Assembly (NCBI RefSeq): GCF_030684315.1 | Contig: NC_081356.1 | Span: forward strand, 78,414,835 to 78,478,834 | Direction of reading: 5' to 3' | Length of the DNA stretch: 64,000 bases | Source of the DNA: Stegostoma tigrinum | Lineage: Eukaryota | Part shown: positions 1-13,589 of the stretch, one piece after another | How positions within the stretch are numbered: the stretch's first letter is position 1 | How the letters are laid out: the number at the start of each line of letters is the position of its first letter | Notes under the pieces: model-generated | Seen by the model: only the letters and a program-made list of their open reading frames with translations | What the model was told of the DNA's origin: nothing | Databases searched by the model: none | Translations under genes and position numbers: made by a program

Positions 1-74
1 CCTTACGAGAATGCTGAACTAGGATTTCCAATTCCATTTATGCTTCAGATTTCTGAAGTCTTTCCTCATTTAGA

Positions 75-335
75 AAATATTTCACGCCTCTATTCTTCCT
101 AGCCAAGTGCATAACTCACACTTTCCATTGTATCTCATCTGCCATTTCTTTGCCCACTCTCCCAGCCTGTCCAACCGCTTCTGCAGCCTTCCTGCTTCTT
201 CAATGCTAGCTGTCCCTCCAACTATGTGTCACCTGCAAACCTAGCAACAATATCCTCCATTCCTCTGTCCAGATCATTAATGTATGATGTGAATAGTTGT
301 GGTCCCAAAACTTACCCCTGCAGAGCTCCACTTGG
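75..335 (-). mobile_element. CR1 LINE reverse-transcriptase fragment
   Basis: Reverse complement resembles the CR1 RT C-terminal region (GTTTIHIIH.., WAKKWQM..KV*VMHLA-like); degenerate. Confidence 0.7.
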
Positions 336-349
336 GGCTAGGTCTGATG

Positions 350-1545
350 CCAATGACTACTATTGGGCATTGCGAGGAGTGATGATTCTTCATCAGTGAA
401 GAATTCAGCCACTTCTTGAAGAGTTGGGAAATTCAACACCGTACATCACCTCCACTCTATCCACAGCCAAATGGAAACGTTGGTAAGGCAGTGAAAAATA
501 TCAAAGGGATCACAAAAGCATTGAGCAAAATCAACATGAACTTGTATATGTCAATCTTCGTGTGAAGAAGTACACCTGATAAAAGTGCAGAAAGTAGCCC
601 AGTTCAAAATCTATGATCACTCTGCACCCAACCTACCTTTCCAGTAGCAAATAAAAACTCCCAAAGCCAGAAATAGAAAAAAGCAGAAATAAGACCATAA
701 GAAATAGGAACACGAGCAGGCTGTTTGGACCTTCGAGCCTGCCCTGCCTTTCAATTGGATCAAGGCTGATCCAACATTCCTCGTATCCACTCCCCTGCAC
801 TTTCCCATTACTCTTGATTCCTCAACGGATCAGGAATCTATGCCAGCCGTAAATATATGAATGGAGTCTTCCCCAACAGCAGCAACAAGTTCCATACACT
901 CACAAGCCTCTGAGAGAAATTCGTCCTCATCTCAGTATTAAACTGTTAAACTTTAATGACAAAATTACAGTGAAATGGCAGAAAGCTAAATTTCACTTTG
1001 ATAAAACAGCCAAGTCATTGTCAGAACTGAACATTGGAGAACCAATTCGAGGACAAATGTTCAACAATCTCAAGGAGAGATAGCCTATGTGAAACTTGTA
1101 TTCAGCAGATGTCACCTAAATCGTGTTCAGTGTATAGGAGTGAGCAAAAATCCCTGTCATTTAGAATACTGAACAAAAATCCCCAGATTTTTAACAGAAC
1201 TTTTACAACAAAAAGAAATGCAGCTGGGTTATGCTCTAGAACAGGCCATCACGGGGATAGCTGTCTGGAACCATGGTTCAGTTGTAACCCTATTCACCCC
1301 TTAGCCCTAAAGGAACAATGAACCAGACCTAAGGCAACAACTTCAGACATTTTGGACTCTTCAGATATACCAAGGCATTCAACTTCATTGACAGAAATAC
1401 TGGACACTCCACATAACCAAGACACATTTACACCCACTCTAAACTATCAGGAAGCCAATTCACCACAAAGGGGACAACAGAAACACAATGGATAACACAG
1501 ATTTGAGAGGTGATTAACGGAGCACACAGTCTTTATGACTGCTAA
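350..1545 (+). mobile_element. Gypsy/Ty3 integrase remnant, interrupted by a CR1 tail at 693-940
   Basis: From 389 reads FISEEFSHFLKSWEIQHRTSPPLYPQPNGNVGKAVK (integrase core); after the insert KITVKWQKAKFHFDKTAKSLSELNIGEPIRGQ (typical Gypsy IN C-terminal part); stops and frameshifts present. Confidence 0.8.
693..940 (-). mobile_element. CR1 LINE 3' tail
   Basis: Starts with 'aagaccataagaaatagga...ttcgagcctgccctgcc', the reverse complement of the shark CR1 3' end. Confidence 0.75.
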
Positions 1546-2103
1546 CCGTGATCTGGGAGAGAGAGAGAGAGAAAGAGCCAAATCTGCAGCTAAAAACAGA
1601 AGAGGGATCCCAGACAGTCACTGTCCCCAAGAACTATCTGCACAGCTATCTCCCTGAAACGTAACGACACAGAGCTGTTTCGTACCTGGGGAACCAACAG
1701 CGACTGACCACGGCCAGCAGATCCGATGCCTGACGACCTCCGAAAACCACCAACATGGCTGGCCTCAGACACATCCTGTGGTGAAAACTGGCTCACATAA
1801 CCACCACAAAGTAAGCAAACCCAAGTTCTCAAAACAGACTGAACACCATCCAAAGACTTCAGTAAAGCATTGGCTACAGCAAGTCCGAACAGCCAGCTGT
1901 ATTTCAAAATTGTGTTTATCTCCAGTGGTGAGACTATTTCTTCAAGACCCAAAGTATCCAACCTAGCCAGCAGGGAGGGGAAGATGGGCTGGTGAGAGTG
2001 TGGGGAACCCCAAGGTCAGGAAGTCTGATTAAAGCATCTGTGTTTGAAACTACTGCTTAGTTTCTAATAGTAATTAGCCTGTGTTAAGTTAAGAACTGAT
2101 AGT

Positions 2104-2201
2104 ACAAAAACAGAGTTGCTGAAAAAGCTCAGCAGGTCTGGCAGCATCTGTGAAGGTAAAAACAGAGTTAATATTTTGGATCAGGTGACCCTTCCTCAGA
2201 A
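2104..2201 (-). mobile_element. Penelope-like terminal fragment with degenerate hammerhead
   Basis: 'gttgctgaaaaagctcagcaggtctggcagcatctg...gtgacccttcctcagaa'; antisense to the copies at 27179, 53207 and 60101. Confidence 0.75.
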
Positions 2202-2809
2202 TTAATCCCAGCCCTTAGTTCAGGAAGCCCTGCTCAGGATGTTTCCTGGAGTCTCAGGAGGACACCACACTCCCACAGGTCACAGATCTCATAGCAGCCC
2301 TGGGATGGCGAGAGACTCCTGGGGAGGCCACAGGCCAGGCAGGAGCCAGAGACATTGAGGATGTCCCAGAGTAGGACATGGTCCCACTAGCCACAGAGCT
2401 AGGGTCGGCCAAGATACTGTCAGGCAAGGCTAGCCCTCCTGTAGTTTGGGATTCAGGAGGCATCCCCAGTTAGAAAGTGGGGGAGTGTTGAGGAGAACTC
2501 CCCAGGCTTCAAAGTTGACAATGCCCTGGCCCCAGTGTTCTGGCTACCCAGAGGCTGCGGGAGACACAGAACTGTCAGCTTCTGTTCTGGCCACCCGGAG
2601 ATGGGTGGTGTTGTACAGAGTGTATATAGTTCATTTAGAGTGTTTTGGGCCACGGTATGTGTGATTTGTTGAATGTTGGAATGTTTTAATATGGAGCAGT
2701 GCCTCAGCACTGCTGAAGGGCAAGACCATGTTTGTGTTCAGGACTGTGAAATGGATAAGGTTTTCGCTGCTAAGTTGCCCTAACAGGAGGGGAGCAGGAA
2801 GGCCACAGT

Positions 2810-2990
2810 TGTAAGGGGTATTTCACTAGATGTATTCCCTGCCACCCCCAGGAGACCAGGGTATTGTTTGGCACTCTAAGGGGGAATGGGGTCACTGGGC
2901 CACAAGCTCCCTTACACTAAAGTTTAAAGTGAAGATTCACTTAATAAAACCATGCCCACAGGAGACAGAGTGATTGCTGGAGATGTTACA
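2810..2990 (+). mobile_element. Short LTR (~181 bp), probably the 3' LTR of a truncated LTR retrotransposon
   Basis: TGTAA...TTACA inverted termini, AATAAA at 2943, purine-rich tract at 2785-2802 just upstream. Confidence 0.6.
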
Positions 2991-4622
2991 AAAGGTTCCA
3001 CAAGCTAGAATTTGGGAACATAAACCAACCCAGCACATACACACCAAACATATTAGGGGATACTAACGCAAATGGGAAATCATTTGGAGGGCACAGTATC
3101 AAGCCCACAGACCCCGACTCTCGAGAGCACGTGTTACAGTCTGGAGGTGTGTGTGGTGAAATTTGCATTCCTGAAGGGGTATTTTGATGGGGATGTATTC
3201 TGTTTATCCTGTGTAGAGACAAATGCATGTAAAGCAAGTGAATTAGAAAAACAGATATATTGTTGCAAGCCATGTGGACCCAAAGAAGCTATACATTCAC
3301 TGCAGTCAATTGATTGGGAAACTGTGATCTCACCTCCTGTACAGAACGTAGAACAATTATCAGTCTCAAACGTCCACCGTTGCCCAGCAACAGAAATGGA
3401 TCAGCAAACAAGGTTACCAGGGCAACAGCATATGCCACAGGAATAACTCTCCCTGCAGAAGGAACATCACCCTCAGGATGAGATGCCAGATAAACAGTCA
3501 ATAATAATGTACATATGCATAATTTGGAGACCTGCATGATTTAAACATTACGCAAAGTTTGTGCAGAAATTGATCGAAGTTGAACTGACTAGAGTTAACA
3601 CACATTTCTGTTAAGGCATGATTTTCATTGTTTACCATTTATATAGGATAACCTTGAGCATTTTTGCCTTTTTTGCTGAAAAAAAAAGGCATTTGAACAA
3701 ATATAATTGTACCTAGCATGGTGGCTGGCTTGGTGAGTCTATGTGACCTCTACCACCAATACAAGCTTATTAGTGTGTAGTCTATGGTAGGCATTAAACA
3801 CATCACTCAATCCATTCAGCCAGCTTCAATTCACACAGTGTGAATGGTGTGAAGTCACCAGAGATGGATCTGTCAGAGCAGTAGATTTGGATGATAGTCT
3901 GACTTGGATGGCTACACTGCCAATCTGAGCTGTTCCTGAGAAGTGGTGATACCTGTTATGGCCAATTCTTAAGCAGTTGCCAGTTGTACAAATTTTACAC
4001 GGAAAATTTAAAACTCTACACTTGCACCCCTGCCATACATTTCAAATCTTCACAAGAATGCTTCTCCACTCAAATTATTTCATCTGACCTCTTCCTTCAT
4101 CAAATTGTTTCGAGAATCACAGCTAATGCTATGGGTTCATAAGATCAAGATGTCAAGATTAATTGGTTTATGTATGTCTGCAGAAATAAAACCAATAGAT
4201 AGAAATAGCATATTTTTTCTCTTCCTAATGCTAGACTAGAACTAGTAGTAGAAATCCAATGCTTGTGGAATTTAAAGGGCAATGCTCTTCCCAGTTTTTT
4301 AAAGAGTTGATTTAATTTAATATAGTCAATTTCTGTATGAAAATTAGTAAAGCATAAGCTTGCTCAATTTGCTAACTATTCTTTAACTAACAGTAACAAC
4401 CTAAACTATTTGTTACGAACATACAAGTGTCAATAATTTTACTTCTTATTCAAAGACTAAATCATTTTAATTTGTAATTTTGATCATTGTCTCATGCACA
4501 AGGATATTGATGATTAATTTAGGTTGGCTGACACACTGAATAATTTTCTTCATGTCAAAATAAACCTAAAAATTGGTTAGGTGCCCAAATCATTCATCCA
4601 TTACATCTACAGCTTTAACTCA

Positions 4623-5215
4623 AATGCATAAGGTCATAAGAAATGGAAGCAGGAATAGAGAATGCATAAGGTCATAAGAAATGGAAGCAGGAATTCAAGC
4701 CATTGTGTCTACTCCACCATTCAATAAGAGATAGCTGATCTGCATGTTGCCTTAACTCCACTTTCCTTCTCTGCCCACATAACCCTCAATTCTATTGTGG
4801 CTAAAAACTCTGCCGTACTTGATCTTTAATATATTCATTGTCTCAGTTAGCACAGCTCTTTGGGTTGAGAATGTCAAAGATTCATGATCGTCTAAAGGAA
4901 GGAATTGCTCCTCATCTCAATCTTAGATGGGAACTTTACTATTTCCAATGTATAGCTCCTATTTCTGGATTCTCTTAAGATGGAAAACATGTTCTCAAAA
5001 TCCACCCTGTCAAGTCCCTACAAAATCTTATATAATTCACAAAGATCACTTCTCATTGTTCTGAACTTCAGTAAATTTATGCCCATCCTGCTTAACCATC
5101 CTCATTAGAACATGCCTTCATTCAAAGAACCAGCTCTGAATAGCTTCCAATACAATATATCTGAGGTTAGGCAACCAAACATCTACTCTAGTAGAGTCTC
5201 ACCAATGATGCTAGG
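4623..5215 (-). mobile_element. CR1 LINE 3' part with a 34-bp terminal duplication
   Basis: Antisense CR1 tail ('cataagaaatggaagcagga...agatcacttctcattgttctgaac'); 4623-4656 is repeated at 4661-4694. Confidence 0.75.
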
Positions 5216-5929
5216 CAGTTTTATTAAGGATATTGCAAAAATCTAAATGTACGTCTAAGCAAGGCAAGTACGTGGCTTTCAAAAGGAAAATCATTTAAAC
5301 TATGGCTTCCAAGTTCTTATTGTTCAATTGTTTTTCATAAAATAACAAAGATTTGTTTAAAGTCTTGAGAGTGTGACTTTTGAAAATTGGCAAACTATTC
5401 AACATGTTCAAAAGCAAACTATGGCTTTCTTCTGAATATTACTTGACATCAACCTGTAAAATATTTGACATGCACCAGGAATGTTGTTCAATAATTCAGA
5501 ATCAGTACAATGGAGTCAAAAATGACAGTCATACATGACAATGCCCTGTGTTTTGCAATCGGCAGCAAAGTGCGACTGCTTAATGCTGATCTCAAAGAAA
5601 GCTGCCTTCAATATCTAACAATGTCTACCACATGAAATTCCCTTTTCCCTAAGTCAATTTAAACCATGTGCCAACAACTATTTATCTTTGATTTGAAAAT
5701 TAATTTGTTTGTTTATTTGTTTTCATACCAGATTGGCTATTTGAGGGGGTTTATATTTTTGAATGTTTTTATTGATGAGAGATTTTCAATCTAGCATATT
5801 TTGAATATTATTCTATTAGATTAATATAAATTTAATTTCTTAATGCCCATTTAAAAAGATATCTGGAGGATTGTTCACAGTAAATACTGGCCGAATGGCT
5901 GTTCCCACACTTTTACATCCTTCCTTAAA

Positions 5930-6252
5930 TGGTGGCTCAGTGTTTAGCACTGTTGCCTCATAGCACTAGGTACCTGGGTTAGATTCCAGCCCGGGGCGGC
6001 TGTCTGGGTGGAGTTTGTATGTTTTCTGATGTCTGGGTGGGTTTCCTCTGACAGTTCAAAGATGCTCAGATTAGGTGGATTGGTCATGGTAAATTGCCCA
6101 GGAATGTGCAAACCACGTGGATTAGCCATGGGAAGTGCAGGTTTACAGGGATAGGGTATGGAGGATGGGTCTGACGGGGATGCTCTTTTAGAGAGTCAGT
6201 GTGCACTCAATGGGCTGAATGACCTGCTTCCACATTGTAGGGATTCTATGAT
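5930..6252 (+). mobile_element. HE1-type tRNA-derived SINE
   Basis: Pol III A box 'tggctcagtg', B-box-like 'gggttagattcc', conserved 'ggtggattggtcatggtaaattgcc' body and CR1-like tail 'gtagggattctatg'. Confidence 0.85.
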
Positions 6253-6593
6253 GGAGACCAAAACTGTACACAGTCCTCCAGATGTGACCTCACCAGCATT
6301 CTATATAACTGCTACAAAACATCCCTACATTTATCTTCCAATCCCTTTGCAACAAATGACAACATTCCATTTGCATTCTTAATCACTGTAATACCAGCAC
6401 AGTAACCTTTTGTGATTCATGTACCCGGATACCCAGTATGTCTGTAGCTCAGAGTTCTGCAATCACTCTCTATTTAAATAATATATGTCTTGTACATTCC
6501 TTCTGCCAAAGTGGACAAGTTCACATTTTTCTACATTGTACTCTGGAAGCCAATATTTTGCCTACTCACTGAACCCATCCACATTGCTTTGCA

Positions 6594-6680
6594 AGATAAC
6601 AAAGTGTGGAGCTGGATGAACACAACAGTCCAAGCAGCATCTCAGGAGCACAAAAGCTGACGTTTCAGGCCTAGACCCTT
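6594..6680 (-). mobile_element. Penelope-like terminal fragment nested in CR1
   Basis: 'agataacaaagtgtggagctggatgaacac...gacgtttcaggcctagaccctt'; flanked by tttgca on both sides. Confidence 0.8.
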
Positions 6681-7967
6681 TTGCATACTTTTTATCTCCT
6701 CTTCACAACTTACTTTGTTACCTATCCTTGTACTGTCATCAAATTAAACAACCATGCATTCATTGTCTTCATCCAAGTCATTGATATAAATTGTAAATAA
6801 TTAAAGAATCAACACTGATCCCTGTGGCACATTACTTTTGCTCCCTGGCAAACTGTAAATTACCTGTGACGCATTGCCAAAGCTTCCAAGGCTATGGGCC
6901 AAAAGCTGGAAAATGGGACCAGTGTAGGCAAGTTTTTGTTGATTGTTGCAGACATGATGAGCCAAATGGACTCCTGCAGTGCTATAAACATCTACACGTG
7001 TTTATGTCCACCCTTTGTTTCCTTTTAACCAGGTAATCCTCTCCCACGTTATCCTCTAAGCCATGAGCTTTCTTTTCCCTCTTAGAGATAGTAAGAAATG
7101 CCGATGCTGCAGTAACTCACTCAGATTTTTCCCACTTAGCAGTCTTTGATGTATCACTTTGTCAAATGTTTTCTGGGAATCACACTATAGTACATGCATC
7201 AGTTCCCCTTTATCTATGTTGTTTGTTCCTTCCTTAAAGAATGCCGATAAATTATGCAAACATGATTTCCTTTTCAAGTTGACTGCATGATTGCATTATG
7301 ATTTCCTGAGTGCCATGTCTTAACCTCCTTAGTAACTTTTCTAACATTTTCCATTACCAGAGATTTTAGGCTAACTGGCCTGTAATTTCCCACTTACTGC
7401 TTCCTTTATTTCTGTAACAAAATGAGTAACATTTGCTATTTTTCAATCTGATAGATGTTTCCAAAACTCTGAAAATTAAAACAAATGCAATATTATCTCA
7501 GTAGCCACTTGTTTTAACGCCCTTCAGTAAAATCAGCAGGGCCAGGAGATTTGTTGGATTATAGTTCCCATAATTTTCTCAGTATCTTTTCCATATTGAT
7601 TGTGATTGCTTTAAATTGCTCAATCTCTTTGACCTGCTGATTCACAACAATTTTGGAATGTTATTTGCATCCTGGATGCTGATGGGCTTGCTGTGTTCAT
7701 CCAGCTCCACATTTTGTTATCTCAAACACTATGAATTTCTTACATTGTACACTCTTTTGTTTTTTTCAAATAATGTCTTTGGAGACACAGAGCAGCTTTG
7801 TTCGATAACTGGCGACGTTTTTCCTGATACATTATCACAACCATCGGGTCTGTTTGAGAACCTTATAATTCTTTCTCACTTTTATTTTGTAAGAGTTCAT
7901 TACAAAACATTGCAAGATAAAGAGCATGAAATAAAATTCAATTCATCTCTTTTAAAAAAAAGCTTTT

Positions 7968-8058
7968 CTGATGAAGGGTCTAGGCCCGAAACGTCAGCTT
8001 TTGTGCTCCTAAGATGTTGCTTGGCCTGCTGTGTTCATCCAGCTCCACACTTTGTTAT
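7968..8058 (+). ncRNA. PLE terminus with an intact minimal type-I hammerhead ribozyme core (7968-7995)
   Basis: CTGATGA-A-GGGTC-TA-GGCCC-GAAA-CGTC: conserved core, stem II, palindromic mini stem III, GUC cleavage triplet. Confidence 0.7.
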
Positions 8059-8879
8059 TACAAAATTACTGTTCATTTCATCAACCATTTCTCTATTTTC
8101 CATCACTAATTCCCTAGCCTCATTCCCTAGAAGCCCAAAACTCTCATATTTTACTAGATATCTGTAGCAACTCTTGATATTGGATTTTATATTTCCAGCT
8201 AGCTCACCCTCACACTTTAATTTCCTTTTGCTTATTCACTATTCAGTCATTCCTTGCTGTTCTTTATGTTCTGTTAATCTTCTGATCTGCCATTCATCAT
8301 TGCAGAATAATGAATTTTTTTTTCCAATTTGACACTACTTTTAATTCTTTAGTTAACTATGGTGGATGCATCTTTCCAGTAAATTTCTTCTTTTTGATTG
8401 AAATGTAATTTTTTTGAGTATCCTGAAACATTTCTGTCTCTATTTAGGGAAACGACCTGTTCTTTAACCTAGTTTCACAGTTCATGTTAGCCAGTTTTGT
8501 CTTCATGCCCTCAAAATCGCCCATATTTAAATTTAAAATTTTCATGTTCAATCCTCGTATCGCTTCCTCTAACTGAATATAACATGCAATCATATTACAA
8601 TCACTGCCTTTGACATGAGGTGTTTCATTAATGCTTATGGCACATGATCAGACCTGGTGTCCCAGGCTAGATCTACAACATAGTGCTCTAAAAAACTGTT
8701 CTGAAAACACTCAATGAATCCATGCAAAATATTTTTGTCAATCTGATTTATACAATCTCCATGTAGATTAAAATCACCAATGATTATTATTTGTGACCTT
8801 GATTTGATTTTCAGCCTTGGAAAGAGGCACCTGTGACCTTTCCTCAAATTCTTCCAAGGGATATGTATGTCTCTGGAAA

Positions 8880-9110
8880 GACACATGTTTGCAATTCATC
8901 CCTAACTGTCCTTGAACTGAGTGATTTTTACAGGTACTTTCAATGGCAAGTTAATAGTCAACTACATTACTCTGGGTCTGGGGTCTGTGTAGGGCAAGCC
9001 GTGCAAGGATAGCAGACTTCCTTTACTCCAAGTTCGCTAAATTGAATTTAAGCTCCAGCAGCTGCTGTGATAGGACTTGAATTGCTGTCCTCAGAGCATT
9101 AGTATTATTA
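8880..9110 (-). mobile_element. tRNA-derived SINE (second family), degenerate
   Basis: Similar to 29690-30035 and antisense to 56435-56825 ('agtcaactacattactctgggtctgg', 'ggacttgaa...tcctcagagcattag'). Confidence 0.6.
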
Positions 9111-9449
9111 AGGTGACATCTAACACCCCCTCCTATTACCAGGTTGATGCATCTTTAAGATGCCACAGATGTTCACAGCTGGCCATTGTAATGGCAGTGG
9201 TGACTAAATTCAAGGCCACAGTTACTCTGACGTTGACTAGTAAGGCATGGCAACCAGTGATGTAAGGTGTGGGGTCTTTACTGACAAAGACATGGATATC
9301 TGTAACCATCGACCTAGAGAGTCACTTTCTCCTTTGACACTGGTTCTCAGCCATATTTAGTTTTAATTGTCTCTGCTTACAGGCCCGATGTTCAGGATGG
9401 TGTTTTCCTTCTCCTTCATCCTCCTCATGCCTTTCCCATGGCCTCCTGA

Positions 9450-9861
9450 TTCCAGGGCTCAGCCCTTCCCGTACACACTGTTGTTCCAGGACTCAGCCCT
9501 CCCTGTACACGCTGTTGTTCCAGGGCTCAGCCCTTCCTGTACACGCTGCTGTTCTACGGCTCAGCCCTTCCTGTGCATGCTACTGTTCTAGGGCTCAGCC
9601 CTTCCTGTGCATGCTACTGTTCTAGGTCTCAGCCCATCCTGTACACACTGCTGTTCTAGGGCTCAGCCCATCCTGTACACGCTGCTGTTCTAGGTCTCAG
9701 CCCATCCCGTACACGCTGCTGTTCTAGGTCTCAGCCCATCCCGTACACGCTGCTGTTCCAGGTCTCAGCCCTTCCCGTACACGCTGCTGTTCCAGGTTTC
9801 AGCCCTTCCCGTACACATTGCCGTTCCAGGACTCAGCCCTTCCTGTACACACTGCTGTTCC
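9450..9861. repeat. Minisatellite, 12 x 34 bp
   Basis: Unit ~CTCAGCCCTTCCYGTACACGCTGCTGTTCYAGGK; 'ctcagccc' at 9458, 9492, 9526 ... 9832, exact 34-bp period. Confidence 0.95.
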
Positions 9862-9961
9862 CCTTCTCTAGCAACCTTGATTTTTCAGGGTGCAGCACCC
9901 AATTTCTGTTCCACCCTTCCTGATGCACAAGTCCAAACAGCCCATGGCTCTGAATCATACA

Positions 9962-11116
9962 TGTTACTAGTTGTCGCCGAAAGAGAGATGACCACCAGAA
10001 TTGGCAATGATCTTAATGCTATCTCATCCTCTGATTAGTGATAGACTGCTGTAATTTTAATTTTCAAAGAGACTAGGCCTTTCATGTATGATTTAGCCTT
10101 TCTTCAGAAACAGGTGCATCATACTTGACTTGCCTTCAACCTGATCCATGATTGTCTTCAGTTGGTCTGAAGCAGACAACTCCTAAATGCTGGCCGGCTC
10201 CACTAATATTAAAATCTTACTGAAACCAAGCTTTCTTGGCCCCCAGAGGAGTTTGGGTGTGTTTATCTGCCCACGGTATCCCTCAAATTCTCACACACTC
10301 TCAAAGATTCCTCTTGCTATAACCTGAAAAAGCTGCAGTGATCACCTGGCCTCAGATTGAGGCAAGCCCAGGAGGGCCAGGAAAGAACAAGCAAAACTGT
10401 CTGTGCTGAAATTACACTTCAGTCTGAAGAGATATTGAAACCAGGCAATTGAATGAGATCGAGAAATTCACATATCCTGTTTTAATTCACAATCATCTGA
10501 TAATTTAAAATATTGGGAAATGAAAGGCTTGCCTCCAAGTTAGCCGGTTGAAATGACAATGAAGCCAGGCTTGGAAATTTTCAAATGCACTATATTTCAG
10601 TAACTCCTTGACAGCGCAGAGAAGGAGAAGTAATTAGTAACAACAATAGCTAGAAGTCTCTCTCTTTCCATGTTTCTGTCGTCACTTCAAAAGTAACATC
10701 GGGTGAAAAATCAAATTGGAGAACAACAATTCACCAAGAATTCAAAGGCACCTACAAGATAACAATCAACAATGAAATAACTGAGGTCTCAGGTTAAAAA
10801 TTTAAACAGCTCAAGGATTCCAGGAACTTTTAAACTGTGTAGCATTTATTCTAGCTACTTGTATCAGACATTCCTCCTTTTAAAAAATTATTGCCTATTT
10901 TTGTGAATGTATTGATATCACATCTATTTTTTTTTCTTGGAGTTAGTAGGTAATAAACTTCCTTTCCTTCACTCAATAAAGTCTTGTAACTGGCTTCTTC
11001 ATTTTGATTTACTTAACTACACTTTTAATTGTGTGTGATAATAATATTTGTTCAACCGACTGAGATGGGGTTTAAAAGAGGAAAGTCAATTAGCTTCTCC
11101 TCATCTGGTCATAACA
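9962..11116 (+). mobile_element. Possible solo LTR
   Basis: TGTTA...TAACA termini, AATAAA at 10975, 3' end 'ctggtcataaca'; 5' boundary uncertain and no clean TSD. Confidence 0.35.
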
Positions 11117-13084
11117 ATATCCAGAACAGAAGTTGGTCATCAACATGTACATTGTGTCTATCATTACTTTGACTCCATTTGGGTGCAGTTTGGGCCATAC
11201 AAATCTGACACTAATGGTGCCGACGGACAAATTCTTGCCAGGTTAGTAACTTGCATTTGATTGCAGACTGGGATAATTTCGCCACCACTCATTTTGTCGA
11301 CATGTAGGTCACTGACAATCACTTCTGAATTTCCATGTTTAACTCCAGAGATGCTGGCAGTTCCAGTGGAGAAATGATAATCAATGCTGACAGTTTTTCT
11401 GTCATCAATGTGACAAGATTGGTTCAATAAACCATCAAATCATTATATACAAGAAGTGATAACCAGTAACGTTAGTCTGGCAACTCATGATGCAAGAACT
11501 CATGAACAAGAAAATGAGTAGAATCTTAAAGGGAGCTGAGTGATGTGATCTAGAATAAAATATGTGGCAGAATTGCATGAGAAGTCAGCAAGGCTTACCT
11601 TGGTGTTGGTAGCGTCTCACTCCAGTTTTATGCGAATTAATAAGAATTATTGTTGATAAACATTTTGTTTTCAGCCAAATTCTGCTCAGTAACACATAGC
11701 TTCCCTTCCTTATCAAAAACACTGGCGACAATGAAATTACAGCAGATACCTAGTGACTACAGCTTGCTGCTTGATCCAAAGAACCTCAATGTTGCTTGAG
11801 ATCGGACAGTATCTTGGGGTGTGGTCCTCGTGCACCAGCTTCACTCTGGCAGGGCACAGACTTGCATTGAGGGCACACCAGCAACTAACATTGAAAGGCA
11901 GTTGCAAGGACACTTTAAATTCACAGGAACAGGCGCCCAGCTAACAGATTTCACCAGGCTGTTCCTCAAGGCTGCTCGCTTGCTCTCTTAGCACTCTCTT
12001 ACTCAGCACCTACCTGAATGCTCGCATCGACCCTGCATTGCCTTGTGTTGCCGTGCCAATCAGTGAAGTCATACAATGAGATAGCTTGCTTTGCAGAGAA
12101 GGAGGTATACATCTTTCTGTAAGGTAGTGTGGTATGTCAACCTTACACTTACTCAATGTGCTAACAACATACACACTGCACATACAGCAGGCAGGTTGCC
12201 ACGTCTCAAAATCTTTGGGAACAGTCCTCACCAAAGCCCAAAAATGCAGAAGTGGGTAAGAAGCCTGCTGTTTGTAGTTTGCAGTCTGATCCTGGGTATG
12301 AGAATATGTTCTAAACGCTGGAGGACTGACCCCTAATGCTAAAATTACTCTATACCAGGAGGCGAGAGAATTTCAATCTAAGGAGCATCTAATCCTTAAT
12401 CCCAGAGAAAATCTCTGACTAAGAGGAGTTTGATGCAGCAAAGAGGGTCCAATCACAGTGGAGAAGATAATTTTGGAGGGCCAAGAGGGCTGGGGATTGA
12501 AGCAGGGGGCGGTGGTGGGAAGGAGGTAATCCAGCTCTTCCTGGCTCACAGACAGCACTTTGAAGAGATTTAAGTACTCCCTGGACATGTCTTACCATCC
12601 CTAAGGTGCTGCATTTACCATTGCTTAGGGTTAAAACTTGAAGACAAGTTAAATATAATGCTCTCAGCCACATTGACACGATTGAATCACTGCCACACAG
12701 CCTCCTGAGAGTGGCTTGGTCACCTAGTCCCTCCCTTAATTGTCCCTGACCAACCTGAAAGTGACTGGGCGCATGTAGCAAATAGTAGCAACTGACTGCG
12801 TCAAATGCAAATCTCATGTGGTTTCAAATCAAGATTATGAAGCAATCAGAAAGTTTACCTTTGAGCAGTCTACAGCACTTGACTCATTTAAAATGTTTAA
12901 ACAGCAAAGTTTCAGTCCTGTCCTAATCTCTAAATATTTATTTGCAACCTCTTATGAGGTATCACTCCCATGGCAAACACAAAATTCTATCCTAAATAGA
13001 ATTGTTGAAGTTCCAGACAGGCAGACACCCAGCAGTAGAGTCAAATAAAAGTGAAATACTGCTCAATGTGGTAATCTTAAACCA

Positions 13085-13240
13085 ATACAGAAAATGCTAG
13101 AGAAACTCAGCATCTGCGCACAGAGAAACAGAGACACGTTTCAAGTCTAATATGACTCTTCTTCAGCACATTAACTCTGTTCCTCCCTCCACAGATGTTG
13201 TCAGACCTGTTGAGTTTCTCCAACAGTTTCTGCATTTGTG
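13085..13240. mobile_element. Old palindromic pair of PLE terminal fragments
   Basis: 'aaatgctagagaaactcag...acgtttc...tcttcttcag' followed by 'cattaactctg...gagtttctccaacagtttctg' in opposite orientation. Confidence 0.65.
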
Positions 13241-13589
13241 CCAAATAATAAAGGCTGGGTTTGACCTGTTTAGAATCCAAACTGAGGATATAGGTGCCCA
13301 CTGCCAAGCAAATTCAACCTAGGAATGAGCAATATAGACATCTGAGATCACAATGTGTGCAGAGTAATAGGAAATTATGAAATATAAATACAGACTGATA
13401 GAAAATACTTAGTTAGCCAGGTATCGTGTGTGTAGAGAAAATGTGCTTTTCAGCTTGCTAGTCTTTCATCAGAACTCGAAATCATGCTCATTGCAACAAC
13501 ATAAATAGTAGCTTAGGGTATAGAGCTTAGAATCCACAGCATGTACGTAAAATGATTGGACTCAAACGAAAAATTTAATTATAAAACTG

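Larger units (their letters stand above)
6255..8790 (-). mobile_element. CR1 LINE ORF2 remnant (endonuclease + RT) with several nested inserts
   Basis: ORF 8635-8886 contains IIIIGDFNLH...FIECFQNSFLEHYV (APE endonuclease); antisense RT motifs (NYRPVSL at ~7370, VPQGSVL at ~6810-6830, DDSTR at ~6735). Confidence 0.85.

Noticed and set aside
3072-3446. Cys-rich 124-aa ORF as a zinc-finger gene
   Set aside because: No recognisable domain spacing; lies among LTR-retrotransposon debris with a Gypsy-like end at ~3500-3550
7616-8167. Longest ORF in the track (183 aa)
   Set aside because: Antisense to a decayed CR1 and runs through two PLE inserts; non-ATG start; chance chimera
9450-9861. CRISPR-like regular repeat
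   Set aside because: Units are contiguous with no unique spacers; eukaryotic context and no cas genes
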